Notes under the pieces: generated by a model
Told to the model about the DNA's origin: nothing
The model's input: the letters and a program-made list of their open reading frames with translations, nothing else
Database searches by the model: none
Program-made: the position numbers and the translations under genes
Assembly (NCBI RefSeq): GCF_046119375.1
Contig: NW_027362762.1
Coordinates: 341,620,001-341,684,000 of the forward strand
From: Phyllobates terribilis
Lineage: Eukaryota
DNA length: 64,000 nt
Direction of reading: 5' to 3'
Shown: in pieces, positions 35,604-49,143 of the stretch
Numbering within the stretch: the stretch's first letter is position 1
Layout of the letters: the number at the start of each line of letters is the position of its first letter

Positions 35604-37164
35604 CACCGCGTGCAGAATTATTAGGCAAATGAGTATTTTGATCACATGATATTTTTTATACATGTTGTCCTACTCCAAGCTGCATAGGCTTGAGAACCAA
35701 CTACCAATTAAGTAAATCTGGTGATGTGCATCTCTGTAATGAGGAGGGGTGTTGACTAATGACATCAACACCCTATATAAGGTGTGCTTAATTATTAGGC
35801 AACTTCCTTTCCTTTGGCAAAATGGGTCAGAAGAGAGATTTGATGGGCTCTGAAAAGTCCAAAATTGTGAGATGTCTTGCAAAGGGCTGCAGCAGTCTTG
35901 AAATTTCCAAACTTTTGAAGCGTGATCACCGAACAATCAAGCGTTTCATGGCAAACAGACAACAGGGTCGCAAGAAGCGTGTTGGCCAAAAAGGCGCAAA
36001 ATAACTGCCCATGAATTGAGGAAAATCAAGCGTGATGTTGCCAAGATGCCATTCGCCACCAGTTTTGCCATATTTCAGAGCTGCAACGTTACTGGAGTAT
36101 CAAAAAGCACAAGGTGTGCGATACTCAGGGACATGGCCAAGGTAAGGAAGGCTGAAAAACGACCATCTTTGAATAAGAAACATAAGATAAAACGTCAAAA
36201 ATGGGACAAGAAATATCTTAAGACTGATTTTTCAAAGGTTTTATGGACTGATGAAATGAGAGTGACTCTTGATGGGCCAGATGGATGGGCCAGAGGCTGG
36301 ATCAGTAAAGGGCAGAGAGCTCCACTCCGACTTAGACGCCAGCAAGGTGGAGGTGGGGTACTAGTATGGGCTGGTATAATCAAAGATGAACTTGTGGGAC
36401 CTTTTCGGGTTGAGGATGGAGTGAAGCTCAACTCCCAGACCTACTGCCAGCTTCTGGAAGACAACTTCTTCAAGCAGTGGTACAAGAAGAAGTCGGTATC
36501 ATTCAAGAAAAACACGATTTTCATGCAGGACAATGCTCCATCACATGCATCCAACTAGTCCACAGCGTGGCTGGCCAGTAAAGGTCTAAAAGAAGAAAAA
36601 ATAATGACATGGCCCCCTTGTTCACCTGATCTGAACCCCATAGAGAACCTGTGGTCCATCATAAAATGTGAGATCTACAGGGAGGGAAAACACTACACCT
36701 CTCGGAACAGTGTCTGGGAGGCTGTGGTGGCTGCTGCACGCAATGTTGATTGAAAACAGATCAAGCAACTGACAGAATCTATGGATGGAAGGCTGTTGAG
36801 TGTCATCGTAAAGAAAGGTGGCTATATTCATCAAAAAATTTTTTTGTTTTTGTTTTTGCATGTCAGAAATGTTTATTTCTAAATTTCGTGCACTGATATT
36901 GGTTTGCCTGGTGAAAATAAACAAGTGAGATGGGATTATATTTGGTTTCCATTAAGTTGCCTAATAATTCTGCACAGTAATAGTTACCTGCACAAACAGA
37001 TATCCTCCTAAGATAGCCAAATCGAAAAAAAGCTCACTACAACTTCCAAAAATATTAAGCTTGGATATTTATGAGTCTTTTGGGTTGATTGAGAACATAG
37101 TTGTTGATCAAAAATAAAAATAATCCTCTAAAATACAATTTGCCTAATAATTCTGCACACAGTG
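35604..37164 (+). mobile_element. Full-length DD37E (TRT-type) Tc1-like transposon, inactivated
   Basis: TA flanks; TIR CAC(C/T)G(C/T)GTGCAGAATTATTAGGCAA; transposase from ATG 35822 to about 36835 with a frameshift near 36000 and stops at 36556 and about 36750; 37 residues between QDN-Asp and PIEN-Glu. Confidence 0.9.
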
Positions 37165-37384
37165 TATATAGCACTATGTTAAGTATAGGGCTGTGTACAT
37201 AATGGAAAAAAATTTCCATAATTTTCCGTCTACAGATGTCACCAAAGCATCTGTGTTAGTCACATGACCTATCACATGATCTATCAAAGGGACATGTCAC
37301 ATGATACATCGGGTACCTGTGGGGGGCCCACACCTTCTAAACTGCCCTGTGCCCTGGCTACTCTTAATCCACCCCTGACCCTTG

Positions 37385-37715
37385 TCCCCGTCTCAGGCCT
37401 CAGAGTAAAAAGATCAGTAGAAAGGTCTTTGTACTGTCCCCTCATATACTTGTACATAGTAATAAGATCACTCCTAAGCCTTCGTTTTTCCAAACTAAAT
37501 AACCCCAAGTGTAATAACCTGTCTTGGTATTGCAGACCCCCCCCCCCCCAGTCCTCTAATAACCTTGGTCGCTCTTCTCTGCACCCGCTCTAGTTCAGCT
37601 ATGTATTTCTTATACACCGGAGACCAGAACTGTACACAGTATTCTAAGTGTGGTCGCACTAATGACTTGTATAGAGGTAAAATTATGTTCTCCTCATGAG
37701 CATCTATGCCTCTTT
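37385..37715 (-). mobile_element. CR1 ORF2 fragment
   Basis: LYKSLVRPHLEYCVQFWSP...ELERVQRRATK and LFSLEKRRLRSDLITMYKY. Confidence 0.9.
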
Positions 37716-37719
37716 TTAA

Positions 37720-38122
37720 TGTATAATGTGTATATAATGCATAGTATAATGCATTCCTCATATTCCTCCATCGTTCCCTCGCAGCTCCAGTATCAGCAGT
37801 GCATCTCAGTAGCTCCACTGCCCTGCACAGCGTGGAGCAATGATGTCATGACGCTGCGGCAGAGGCAGTAGGGGAATGATGGCAAAGAGAGCATCATGTG
37901 ACACTCTCTCCTCCATCATTACTATCAACTGTATCGGCATCTACTGTATGATGCCGATACAGTTGAATACGCGATGCAGGGAGGCGGAGTTGACGTCGGG
38001 GGCTCCTTGACTCACCTGACTAACGGGCCCCATAGTGGCCGGGCGGTGGCGGGCAGGGGTCCCCTGGGAGAGTGGTGGCCATAGGTTGATGCCTAGTTTG
38101 CCTGCCCCTAACGCAGGCCCTG
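37720..38122 (-). mobile_element. Partial copy of the hAT-type element at 39369-41204, inverted
   Basis: Ends TGCCTGCCCCTAACGCAGGCCCTG (matches TIR CAGGGCTGGCATTAGGGGCAGGCA); about 37780-37960 is inverted vs about 39530-39700; only about one minisatellite unit is left. Confidence 0.7.
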
Positions 38123-38499
38123 GGAGCAGTACTACTTTTCCAATATTTTACAAAAAAAATATTACTTCCGGGACGACCCTCTAATAGAAGATTTGTGGAC
38201 AGTGACTGTTTAATTGTTTGATGGAGCAGAGGCAGACACAGACAGAAGAGGGCCTCCGTGCAAGAACAATATATGCTCTTTGAAGTTCATCATAATGTAG
38301 CCCTTTATGTCTGTGATAGAAGCTTCTGCTGCTTTGGATTTAGAAATGGACCACACTGTTAGGTCCCTGTGCAGCTTCACAGATTGCACCAATGGTATGT
38401 CGCCCCTATGAAGGAGACAACCTTTGTTGTTTTGTGCCGTTGTTTTGCAAAAAATAAAAGTTTTTCCATATACATTGTCCATCAACCAGCCATCCTCCA

Positions 38500-38848
38500 C
38501 TCCATCCATCTGGACCATCGAGATCATTTCATGCATGATAATGCCCCGTCTCATGCTGCACATAACACAATGCTTATAATTTCAAAAATGACCATTTTTT
38601 TGTTCTTTATTAAAATGAAAAGGTTGAAAACTCTGCTATGCATAATAATTTGGAACATGCATTTTGAGTGCAGTTTGAGTTTTTTATTTTTTAAAAAATA
38701 TACTGTTATCATAGGCAGTTTGTACGAAAACCTTTCAATTGTACTCTAATAGTTATTTGACTGGAAAATTACAATGACTGCAATTCATATAGATAATTTG
38801 GGAAAATCTGAGAAAATATTATTTGCATAATAATTTGAAACACAGTGT
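38500..38848 (+). mobile_element. Tc1-like remnant
   Basis: FMHDNAPSHAA motif followed by a terminus ending GAAACACAGTG-TA. Confidence 0.55.
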
Positions 38849-39318
38849 AAACATATAAACCAACTTTGGTCTGTGACTGCCTAACCACCATTTTACAGAT
38901 TATCAGATTTATCACACTTGTCGTTTGTACTTTTCTCTCATGGTCTACACATTTTGCTAGTTCCCCTCGAAATATTAAGGATGCTGATGAAATATATTTT
39001 GCTTTTAAAAGCTTATTGTCATATAGCATATTTGCTGAGGGTGTTCCTTTTTCATTTTTAACTTCTAGAAATCATTTTTACCAAATTATTCAAAATATGT
39101 ATGAATTAATTTTTCGTCAACTGTGAAACTCATTGGACATAACACTGTAGCACAAAAAAACAAACAATAGTGCAATTTAAAAATACATATGCTTAGTTTT
39201 ACTACGGCTTTTTATCTAAATAGATCCAAAATTCTGAGCTGATCAATTTTATTGCATATCTTTATAGGAGTTTGAGATTCGCTTTTCTGACACAGAGCAG
39301 CAAGAATTTTATATGCTA

Positions 39319-39349
<31 letters not shown>

Positions 39350-39368
39350 TCAAAGGTACTGCCTTGGT

Positions 39369-41204
39369 CAGGGCTGGCATTAGGGGCAGGCAGACTAGGC
39401 ATCTGCATACGGCCCCCACTCTCCCAGGGGACCCCAGCCCGCCGCCACCCAGCCGCTATGGGGCCCGTGAGTCAGGTGAGTCATGGGGGCCCCTGATGTC
39501 AGCGCCGCTTCCCTGCAACGCGTATTCAACTATATTGGCATCATAGATGCCGACACAGTTGATACTAATGATGGAGGAGAGAGCGTCACATGATGCTCCC
39601 TCTGCTTCTGCCGCAGTGTCATGACGTCATTGCTCCACTCTGTGCAGTGCAGTGGAACTACTGCGATACGCTGCTGATACCGGAGCTGCGAGGGAACAAG
39701 GAGGAGAGGTATTATATTTTTTAACTCACTGAGGCCATAATACTGGAGGACTAGGGGCTACATTATACTATATATGGGGGGCTGCATTATACTCTATATG
39801 GGGGCTTCATTATACCTGCATTATACCCTAAATGTCTGCATTATACACTAAATGGCTGCATTTTACCCTAAATGGCTGCATTATGCCATATATGGCTACA
39901 TTATATCCTAAATGGCTGCATTATACCCTAAATGGCTGCATTATGCCCTAAGTGGCTGCATTATGCCCTATATGGCAGCATTACAACCCTAAACTGCTGC
40001 ATTATGCCCTATATGGCTGCATTATACCCTATATGGCTGCATTATACCTGCATTATACCCTAAATTGCTACATTATACCTGCATTATACTCTAAATGGCT
40101 GCATTATACCCTAAATGGCTGCATTATACCCGAAATGGCTACATTATACAGTATTGGGACTGCATTATACTCTATGGGGCTGCATTATACTGTATTGAAG
40201 ACTATGGGGTGCATTATACTGTACAGAGGACTATGGGGATGCAATATACTATGGGGCTGCATTATACTGTATCTAGAACTATGGGGTACATTATACTGTA
40301 CATAGGACTATGGGGATGCAATATACTATGGGGAGTGCATTATACAGTATCTAGGACTATGGGGATGCAATATACTTTGGGAAGTGCATTATACTGTATC
40401 TAGGACTATGGGGTCACAATATACTATTGGGAGTGCATTATACTATATGGAGGAATATGGGGAGTGCATTATATTATATGGAGGAATATGGGGAGTGCAT
40501 TTTACTATATGGGGAGTGCATTATACTATATGGAGGAATATGGGGACTGCATTATACTGTATGGAAGACTATGGGGAGTTCATTATACTGTATGAAAGAC
40601 TATAGGGAGTGCATTATACTGTATGGAGGAATATGGGGAGTGCATTATACTATATGGAGGAATAATGGGAGTGCATTATACTATATGGAGGAATATGGGG
40701 AGTGCATTATACTGTATGGAAGACTATGGGGAGTGCATTATACTATTTGGAGGAATATGGGGAGTGCATTATACTGTATGGAGGACTATGGGGAGTGCAT
40801 TATACTTTGTGGAGGACTATGGGAGTGCATTATACTAAGCTAGTAAAATGCTGCCTATTCATCGAGTGATTGGATTGCTTATGCTGGAACAAAAATCATG
40901 GATCTCAGTAGCACATCGCCCGGTGAAAACTGCAGATGTGCTGCTGATCACATGATACTGCATGGGGACAGATTAATCTATTAGTGATTGTTCTGTGCCC
41001 ATCATTCTTCCTTAGCCGCTGTAAAGAAGCCAGAAAACAATCGCTGAACGACTTCAATACTGTCGATCACGGTCGTTTAGTGGCCTGAATTCAACATGTA
41101 AATACAACCGAAATGTTTCTGTGTGATGGTGCAATATGTGAGCATTTGGGGCCCCACTATAAAAACTTTTGCCTAGGGCCCCTCTTTGTCTAAAACCGGC
41201 CCTG
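39369..41204 (+). mobile_element. Non-autonomous hAT-type element carrying a minisatellite (about 39770-40840)
   Basis: TIR CAGGGCTGGCATTAG / CTAAAACCGGCCCTG; 8-bp TSD GCC(T/C)TGGT (39361-39368, 41205-41212). Confidence 0.85.
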
Positions 41205-41384
41205 GCCCTGGTTTAGCTATAGGGGATAGAGATATATAGTCGTGGTCACACACCAGGCCATGCCCCCACCGTGATGTCCAAAGAACCTTCTATTGTATAA
41301 GAAGAGACTAATATTATACATGGCACATGGTTGGATGGCTGCCATATTACAGATTTTGCATTGAGCCACAGGAACTTCAACTAA

Positions 41385-41599
41385 GGCCACGGCCCCAATA
41401 TCACTATTTGGTCAGTATTCGGTCAATATTTTTTCTCAGTAGTGGGAGCCAAAACCAGAAGTGAATGATAAATTCAGAATTGGTACATTTGTTTTTATTA
41501 TACGTTTTCTCTGATTGTTCCTCATCTGGTTTTGGCTCCCACTCCTGAGAAAAAATACTGACCGAATACTGACCAAATGCTGATAGTGGGGCCGTGGCC
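41385..41599. mobile_element. PIF/Harbinger-type MITE
   Basis: TIR GGCCACGGCCCCA; TAA TSD on both sides; whole element palindromic. Confidence 0.8.
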
Positions 41600-41893
41600 T
41601 AAAATGTAGAATCGCATAATAGATGCTATGGCAAATATGTATATGCAAAATAGCAAATATTATACCTTGTTCTAGGTGACAGATAATTTTACTGTCTTTT
41701 TGTTAAGAGTTCCGAGGATTTTTTTTACAAATAGCAAAGTTATAATTACTACTATTGTACTTTAGTACATAGATATACTGTAATGCAAGACACAATAGGG
41801 CAGATTTACTGCACCTCAACTTTGTTTAAAAAATGCACCAAATTTTGATGCAATTTGTGACCTACAGTTTTTAGACCTACAGTGGATAAGAAA

Positions 41894-42851
41894 TGTTACG
41901 GGTCCGGGGGGTGGAACCTCTGTGCCGCGGTGCAAGGAGGGACCCAGAGGGGCGTAACTAAGTATCAACTCAGACCGACCCTGGTCGTACGGCGGCTAGC
42001 GACTCCGTGACCAGGGAGGGACCAAGCAGAGGGACCAGGTGATACTCTGGGGACGACCTTGTAAGAGAGCAGGTGGCTCCCACGGGTCAGATGACTGGGA
42101 CTGACCGGTATAGCGGATGGGCACAACAAGCAGGCAGAAGTCTCTGGGTTAGCTGACAGGTGGTCACGGCACATGACGGCAGAGCAGGCTGAAGTCTCTA
42201 GCTTAGCAGACAGGTGGTCACGGCAAGTGACAGCAGGAGCCACCAGGTAGGCTATCAGGTGGTCACGGCAAGTGACGGCCGAGCCTCCAGGTAGGCTAGC
42301 AGGTAACAGGCGAGTGCTCCCTGGTGAGCGGGCTAGCAGGTACGGCAGGTAGCAGGCAGGTAACAAGTGAGTGCTCCCAGGTGAGCGGGCTAGCAGGCAC
42401 GGCAGGTAGCAGGCAGGTAATTGGCGGGTGCTTCCTGGTAAGCAGGCGGACTTGCCCATAGACAGACTGGCGGGTTGAACGGAAGACAGACTGTCGGGCT
42501 GGAGAGTAGTCAGGCTGGCAGACTGAAACAGTAGTCAGGCTGGCAACTGGACCTGAGGGTTGAAGCAGAGGTAAGTATACTGTGCAACAACTATTGCTCG
42601 GGCACCTCCATTTTGGAGGAGGTGCCTTATATATGGGAGGTCCTCCGGCTATTGGCCGGGGACTCCTTAGGACGGCACGCACGGCCACTTTAAGAGAGAG
42701 GGAGCGTGCGCGCCCTAAGCACAGTGCCTGGGAAGCAGCGCGCGCAGCAGCAGCAGCAGGAGGAGGAGCGCTGGAGGACGCCGCGCGGGGAGCGAGGAGG
42801 TGAGAGGGACGGCGCCTCGGCCTGGCAGGGGGCAGAGACGCCGATACTACA
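41894..42851 (-). mobile_element. Solo LTR (Gypsy-type)
   Basis: TG...CA, 5-bp TSD AGAAA, minus-strand TATA near 42630, internal short tandem repeats; shares GAGGGGCGTAACTAAGTATC with 47977-50876. Confidence 0.85.
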
Positions 42852-42929
42852 AGAAACACATACCCCTGTTAAAATGCCGGGTTTTTCTTATGTAAAATAA
42901 AATAAAATCATACCAAGAACAATCATTTC

Positions 42930-43960
42930 AGAACTGTTTCAATCCATATTGTCACAAAACAAAGCAAAATGACAAAACAAATTAAAAAAACACAGGTCAG
43001 AAAACGAATGCACTCACAGGATGCAGAAATCCCTTTTGATAAAGGCGGAGGCAACACAGGTGCAAAATACTGATGAAACAACCACTCACAAACTTAGCAA
43101 TTCATGTAGGAGGTGGATGCGGGTAGTATTGCAGGGACACACTGCTGTATAACTCGTGCGATGATCGATCGTATCGCACTGAACAGACTTGGCCGGCACC
43201 TCTCCTGACCTGAGCGTGACAGCATGATGGATTTCTATGCAGCTGTCAAGGTTAGGTCAGGAGAGAAGACAGCCAGTACGAGGTTTACCATGCGATCCTC
43301 AGACGTGAAATACGGCAGTGTGTCTCTGCCCTTAGAATTGCACACAGATAAGACTTGTATTGGATACCAGTCACACAGATGTAGTGAACAGTATCTGGCT
43401 TACAGCCTATTAGCGACGCCCAAACTATTAGATTAGGTGAGCTTCCCAACACTATATAAGTGCACATCACAGGGTCAGGCTCCCTAGATAACAATGCCAA
43501 CATTGATGGGTTTGCTGCATCCTGCATTAAAATGAAAAACATGTGAAGAAAAATAGATCTTTCTTTTCTTCATTTTTATGCAGAATGTAGCCAGGCCCAT
43601 CAATGTTGGCCTTGTAACCGAGGGTGCCTGTCCCTGTGGTATATATTACTGGACAGCCCACATAATCTAAGGGTATCAACGTCGCTAATAGGCTTCAAGC
43701 CAGACACTGTGCACTACATCTATGTGACTGGCGCGCTATTTAAGCCTTATCTGTGTGCAGTTTTTCATGAATTGGTAGGTTTGTGAGTGGTTGATTCATC
43801 AGTATTTTGCACCTGTGTTTTCTCCACCTTTATCAAGGGGGGCTGCTGCATCCTAAAGAGCATTATTTTTCTGACCTGCGTTGGTAAATACAGCTGCCTT
43901 TTTTCTGCTATGTTTTTTGTATCTTTCTTGTCATCTATAATCATAACAAATCCATTAAGA
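42930..43960. repeat. Nested inverted repeats (probable MITEs)
   Basis: About 43055-43095 inverted vs about 43775-43820; inner hairpin about 43365-43420 vs 43680-43735. Confidence 0.55.
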
Positions 43961-44259
43961 AACAAACTGAAATAGTTTTGAGGGGGATTAGAAATAAAAC
44001 TCAAATGTAATTGTATTCAGAATTAGTAAATCACATTTAAACTCAATTTAAATAGTAATCAGTACACAGCTGCCATCATTAGGGTGATTCTGATTAACCC
44101 CGTATAAAATTTAGTTGTTCTAGTAGGGGTTTCCTGACATTTTCTTAGTTTACTTTTACAACAAAAGCCATGGTCCATACACAGCTTACAACACAGCAAA
44201 GGGATCTCATTTTTTAAAGTCAGAAATGTATAAAAAAAATTCCAAGGCTTTAGTTATTC

Positions 44260-44790
44260 ATAGTAACATAGGCTGAATAAAGACCTAGGTCCATCCAATT
44301 CAACCTTTCTCCCTCAATTGTACTCCGTACACTAACTTACTAACTTACTGGGACTAGGTCTCACAAATGTATTATTACCATTTTTATTATTGTTGCACTA
44401 TTACAATTAAAAATGAACCCGTTTATAATTTGTGATTAGTTTTATATTTTGTATTACTTTAGTGATTCTAATAAAGGTATTACTAAAATCCCTATGCCTA
44501 AATCTATTGATCCAGAAGAAGGCAAAAAGCCCAGGACACATTAAGTCAATTTGCATCACGGGGAAAAATTCCTTCTTGACCCCGAGAAAAGGCGATCTGT
44601 CCAAAAACCCTGGATCAAACCTAATTATGATACTAGTTGTGTAATTACTATTATCACATTAAATGTACTACCATAGGTGTAACATTTTGTCTAATTTAAC
44701 TGTGTAACCCACAATATTATGTGTATCGAGGAAATCGTCCAGCCCTTTTTTGAAACCTGTTATAGTGTCTGCCATCCATGGAACACAATG
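44260..44790 (-). mobile_element. CR1 3'-end fragments
   Basis: CATAGTAACATAG tail at about 44260, and 3' UTR / C-terminal sequence resembling 28090-28465. Confidence 0.55.
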
Positions 44791-45900
44791 AAGATGTTTA
44801 TCAAGAAGTGGCTTACATTTGGCACAACAATGACATTACCTAGAACTGAATGTCTCTCAAAAATTGTTGAAAAGTCAAGAAGAAAACTGGTCCTGGAGAC
44901 TACCAAGAGGCCTACAGCAATAGTAAAGGAGTTGCAGCAATTGCTGTAAAGTATTAGTTGTGTACTGCATGTTACAACAATCTTCCATATTCTTCATATG
45001 TCTGGCCAGTGGGGTATTGATGGCAAGACAGAAGCCTATTCTTACAAAGAAAAACATCCAAGCCCAGCTACGTTTTGCCAAAACCTATATCAAATCTGCA
45101 AAAAAACTGTGGCAAAACATGTTATAATCTGATGAGACCAAGGTTCGACTTTTTGGCCATAATTCCAAAAGGTATGTTTGGAGCTAAAATTGCACATCAC
45201 CACAAGAACACCATACCCACAGTGAAGCATTATAGAGGCAGTATTGTGCTTTTTGGCTGTTTTTTGGCAGCTGGAACTGAGGCTTTAGTTAACTTGGAAG
45301 CGGAGGGAATTGTGAATGGCTCTAAATATCAGTCCCTTTGGAGCACTACTGCAAGGACTCCTACCCAAAGAGACTGAATGCTGTCATAAATTCAAAGGGT
45401 ATTTAATAATAATAATAATCTTTTTATTTATATAGTGCCAACATATTCCACAGCGCTTTACAAATCAGACAATTTACAGACATTATAGGCACTGTCCTCA
45501 TTGGGGCTCACAATCTACATTCCCTATCAGTATGCCTTTGGAGGGTGGGAGGAAACCAGAGAACCCATGCAAGCACAGGTAGAACATACAAACTCCTTGC
45601 AGGTGTTGTCCTTGGTGGGATTTGAACCCAGGACCCCAGCGCTGCAAGGCTACAGTGCTAACAACTGAGCCATCGTGCAACAAGGTATTAGTGTAAGGGT
45701 ATGCATATTTATGCAGCCACAATATTTTAGTTCTTTATTTTTCTTTTCCACCTAAAAAGACTTCAGTTTATTTTTCAATTGAATTGTACAAATTATGGGT
45801 GACATTAAAGGTGGAAACAGTTCTGAAATAATTCTTCTTGGTTTGTTTCTTTTTACATGCCAAAGCCTGCCATTTTAACAGGGGTGTATAGACTTTTTAT
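44790..45900 (+). mobile_element. Degraded Tc1-like transposon interrupted by a SINE
   Basis: Frame-broken transposase pieces (ETTKRPTA, LWSDET-like, TVKH.GGSIV-like) and a terminus ...AGGGGTGTATAGACTTTT. Confidence 0.65.
45405..45678 (-). mobile_element. tRNA-derived V-SINE with an L2-type tail
   Basis: Minus strand: A box TGGCTCAGTTGTTAG, B box GGTTCAAATCC, V-domain-like GGAGTTTGTATGTTCT...GGTTTCCTCCCAC, and a tail shared with the L2 at 32125-32200. Confidence 0.85.
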
Positions 45901-48287
45901 ATCCTTTTTAAATCCTCTTTATTATTTATGTCTTTTAGATTTATTTGCTGGTTACCAGAAAAGGGCTCTGGCTTTCACCAGGAGTGACATATGCAAGATG
46001 GAAATAAGTGTGAGTTAAATCATGATAAAGTATGACAAAATTTACATGGAATAAAGTAAGCCAATCAAAAATTGGTGAAAACGGTATCAATTAAGAACTG
46101 GATTAGTAAATATAAGCCATTGAGGACAACATATGCAAAATAATATTTTAAGAAAATTATAAAGGTAACCAACTAATTTGGTCATTTTCCATATGGCATC
46201 ATACCACTAAATGTTACAGTTAGCAAGTCACTTTATAACATGCATGTTAAAAGCATTTTTGGTGCTTTGTTTTACTACAACTGGATCTTAGTTTTACGGT
46301 GCAAGTTTAGGTCACAGTCTTTGCTTTTCCAAGTGTTATCCCACTGCAGTGAAGTATTTTCTTTGAAGAGAGATTAGCCTCAGTGTGTTTATTTTCATTC
46401 TTTAACCTTGTAAATGTTGCTTTGCAGAGCTTCCCAAAGGGAATATGTTTTTTAACATGAGAGCTCATCTGTGATAGTTTAAAACAACAGTCACACTAAA
46501 GGCATTTAGAGATGTAGATAATACTAATATAGGAATGAGCTGTATCAAGTCAAATATTCAACTTTTACAATGTCAAATACATCCTTCAAGGCACTCAAGT
46601 AAGGGAATTGAGAATAGAAAATTATAGGGAAACTGACAACAAAAATAAATGATCCCTAACATAACATAAGTAGAGAAGAGCGGATCTTTTGAATTTTGAA
46701 TTTGCAGTATTTTTCCACAAAATTCGACTTGTGGTGAATACACTTGTGCAAAACTCAATATTGGAAAGCTCAGAATTGCTCAGAAAATACACATGGGGGA
46801 AAGAAGAGAGAAAAGCCTGTTGACCATAAGAGCTTACACTCTACAGGCGAGAGAGAGAGGATCCCTGTGCTCCACTGGGAACTGATGATCTGTGGTAGCC
46901 ATGGTATTGACCACCAATGTACAAGGTATGATATTCCATAAGATATCATACAGTGGCATGAAAAAGTTTGGGCACCCCTGGTCAGAATTACTGTTATTGT
47001 GAACAGTTCAGCAAGTTCAAGATGCAGTGATCTCTAAAAGGCCTAAAGACGCATTTCCTTTGTATTTTAGGCAAAAAATATATACACTACAGACCAAAAG
47101 TTTGGACACACCTTCTCATTTAAAGATTTTTCTGTATTTTCATGACTATGAAAATTGTACATTCACACTGAAGGCATCAAAACTATAAATTAACACCTGT
47201 GGAATTATATACTTAACAAAAAAGTGTGAAACAACTGAAGATATGTCTTATATTCTAGGTTCTTCAAAGTAGCCACCTTTTGCTTTGATGACTGCTTTGC
47301 ACACTCTTGGCATTCTCTTGATGAGCTTCAAGAGGTAGTCACCGGAAATGGTCTTCCAACAATCTTGAAGGAGTTCCCAGAGATGCTTAGCACTTGTTGG
47401 CCCTTTTGCCTTCACTCTGCGGTCCAGCTCACCCCAAACCATCTCGATTGGGTTCAGGTCTGGTGACTGTGGAGGCCAGGTCATCTGGCGTAGCACCCCA
47501 TCACTCTCCTTCTTGGTCAAATAGCCCTTACACAGCCTGGAGGTGTGTTTGGGGTCATTGTCCTGTTGAAAAATAAATGATGGTCCAACTAAACGCAAAC
47601 CGGATGGAATAGCATGCCGCTGCAAGATGCTGTGGTAGCCATGCTGGTTCAGTATGACTTCAATTTTGAATAAATCCCCAACAGTGTCACCAGCAAAGCA
47701 CCCCCATACCATCACACCTCCTCCTCCATGCTTCACGGTGGGAACCAGGCATGTAGAGTCCATCCGTTCACCTTTTCTGCGTCGCACAAAGACACGGTGG
47801 TTGGAACCAAAGATCTCAAATTTGGACTCATCAGACAAAAGCACAGACTTCCACTGGTCTAATGTCCATTCCTTGTGTTCATTGGCCCAAACAAGTCTCT
47901 TCTGCTTGTTGCCTGTCCTTAGCAGTGGTTTCCTAGAAGCTATTTTACCATGAAGGCCTGCTGTACAAAGTCTCCTTGTAACGCACGCGCCCGGACTGAC
48001 TGGCGTGAGCGTGATTAGTGATTCCACTGTGCCAAGAACCAGAGAGTGCCTGGAGGGGCGTAACTAAGTATCTGCCCGATCCGACCAAGGCCGCACGACG
48101 GCATACGACGCCAGTGCACCAGGGAGGAACCAAGTAGAGGGACCAGGTGCCACTCCAGGTCAGACCCCGGACACGGCTGTTGACCCACACTGGGGAATAC
48201 GGGAACAGGCAGGCTAGAGTGCAGGCTGGGTAGGGTCCAGTACAGACTGTGAGACGGGTTCAGAGCCGCAGATGCGGTAATAAAGGA

Positions 48288-49143
48288 GAGCAAAGCGAAA
48301 CCGCAGACGCGGTAGACAAGGTTGAGCAGAGCGAAACCACAGACGCGGTAGACAAGGCTGAGCAGAGCGAAACCGCAGACGCGGTAGACAAGGCTGAGCA
48401 GAGCGAAACCGCAGACACGGTAGACAAGGCTGAGCAGCGCAAAACCGCAGATGCGGTGCACAAGGCTGAGCAGAGCAAAACCGCAGACGCGGTGGACAAG
48501 GATGAGCAGAGCAAAACCGCAGACGCGGTGGACAAGGCTGAGCAGAGCGAAACTGCAGACGTGGTAGACAAGGCTGAGCAGAGCAAAACCGCAGACGCGG
48601 TAGACAAGGCTGAGCAGAGCAAAACCGCAGACGCGGTGGACAGGGCTGAGCAGTGCAAAACCGCAGACGCGGTGGACAAGGCTGAGCAGAGCAAAACCGC
48701 AGACGCGGTGGACAAGGCTGAGCAGAGCAAAATCGCAGACGCGGTGGACAAGGCTGAGCAGAGCAAAACCGCAGACGCGGTGGACAGGACTGAGCAGAGC
48801 AAAACCGCAGACGCGGTGGACAGGGCTGAGCAGAGCAAAACCGCAGACGCGGTGGACAGGGCTGAGCAGAGCAAAACCGCAGATGCGGTGGACAGGGCTG
48901 AGCAGAGCAAAACCGCAGACGCGGTAGACAAGGCTGAGCAGAGCGAAACCGCAGACGCGGTAGACAATTCTGAGCAGAGCGAAACCGCAGACGCGGTAGA
49001 CAAGGCTGAGCAGAGCAAAACTGCAGATGCGGTAGACAAGGCTGAGCAGAGCAAAACCGCAGACGCGGTAGACAAGGCTGAGCAGAGCGAAACCGCAAGT
49101 GCGGTGGACAAGGCTGAGCGGGCAGGAACCGCCGAAGCGGTAA
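48288..49143. repeat. 36-bp tandem array, about 23 copies
   Basis: Unit GACAAGGCTGAGCAGAGCAAAACCGCAGACGCGGTA. Confidence 0.95.

Noticed and set aside
38210-38563. HRDL in the 117-aa minus-strand ORF as a kinase catalytic loop
   Set aside because: No other kinase motifs, and the ORF runs into a Tc1 remnant.
45600-45678. tRNA gene
   Set aside because: A and B boxes belong to a SINE head continuing into a V-like domain and LINE tail; the tRNA-Ser matches at 21156 and 21337 are PBS-type complements only.
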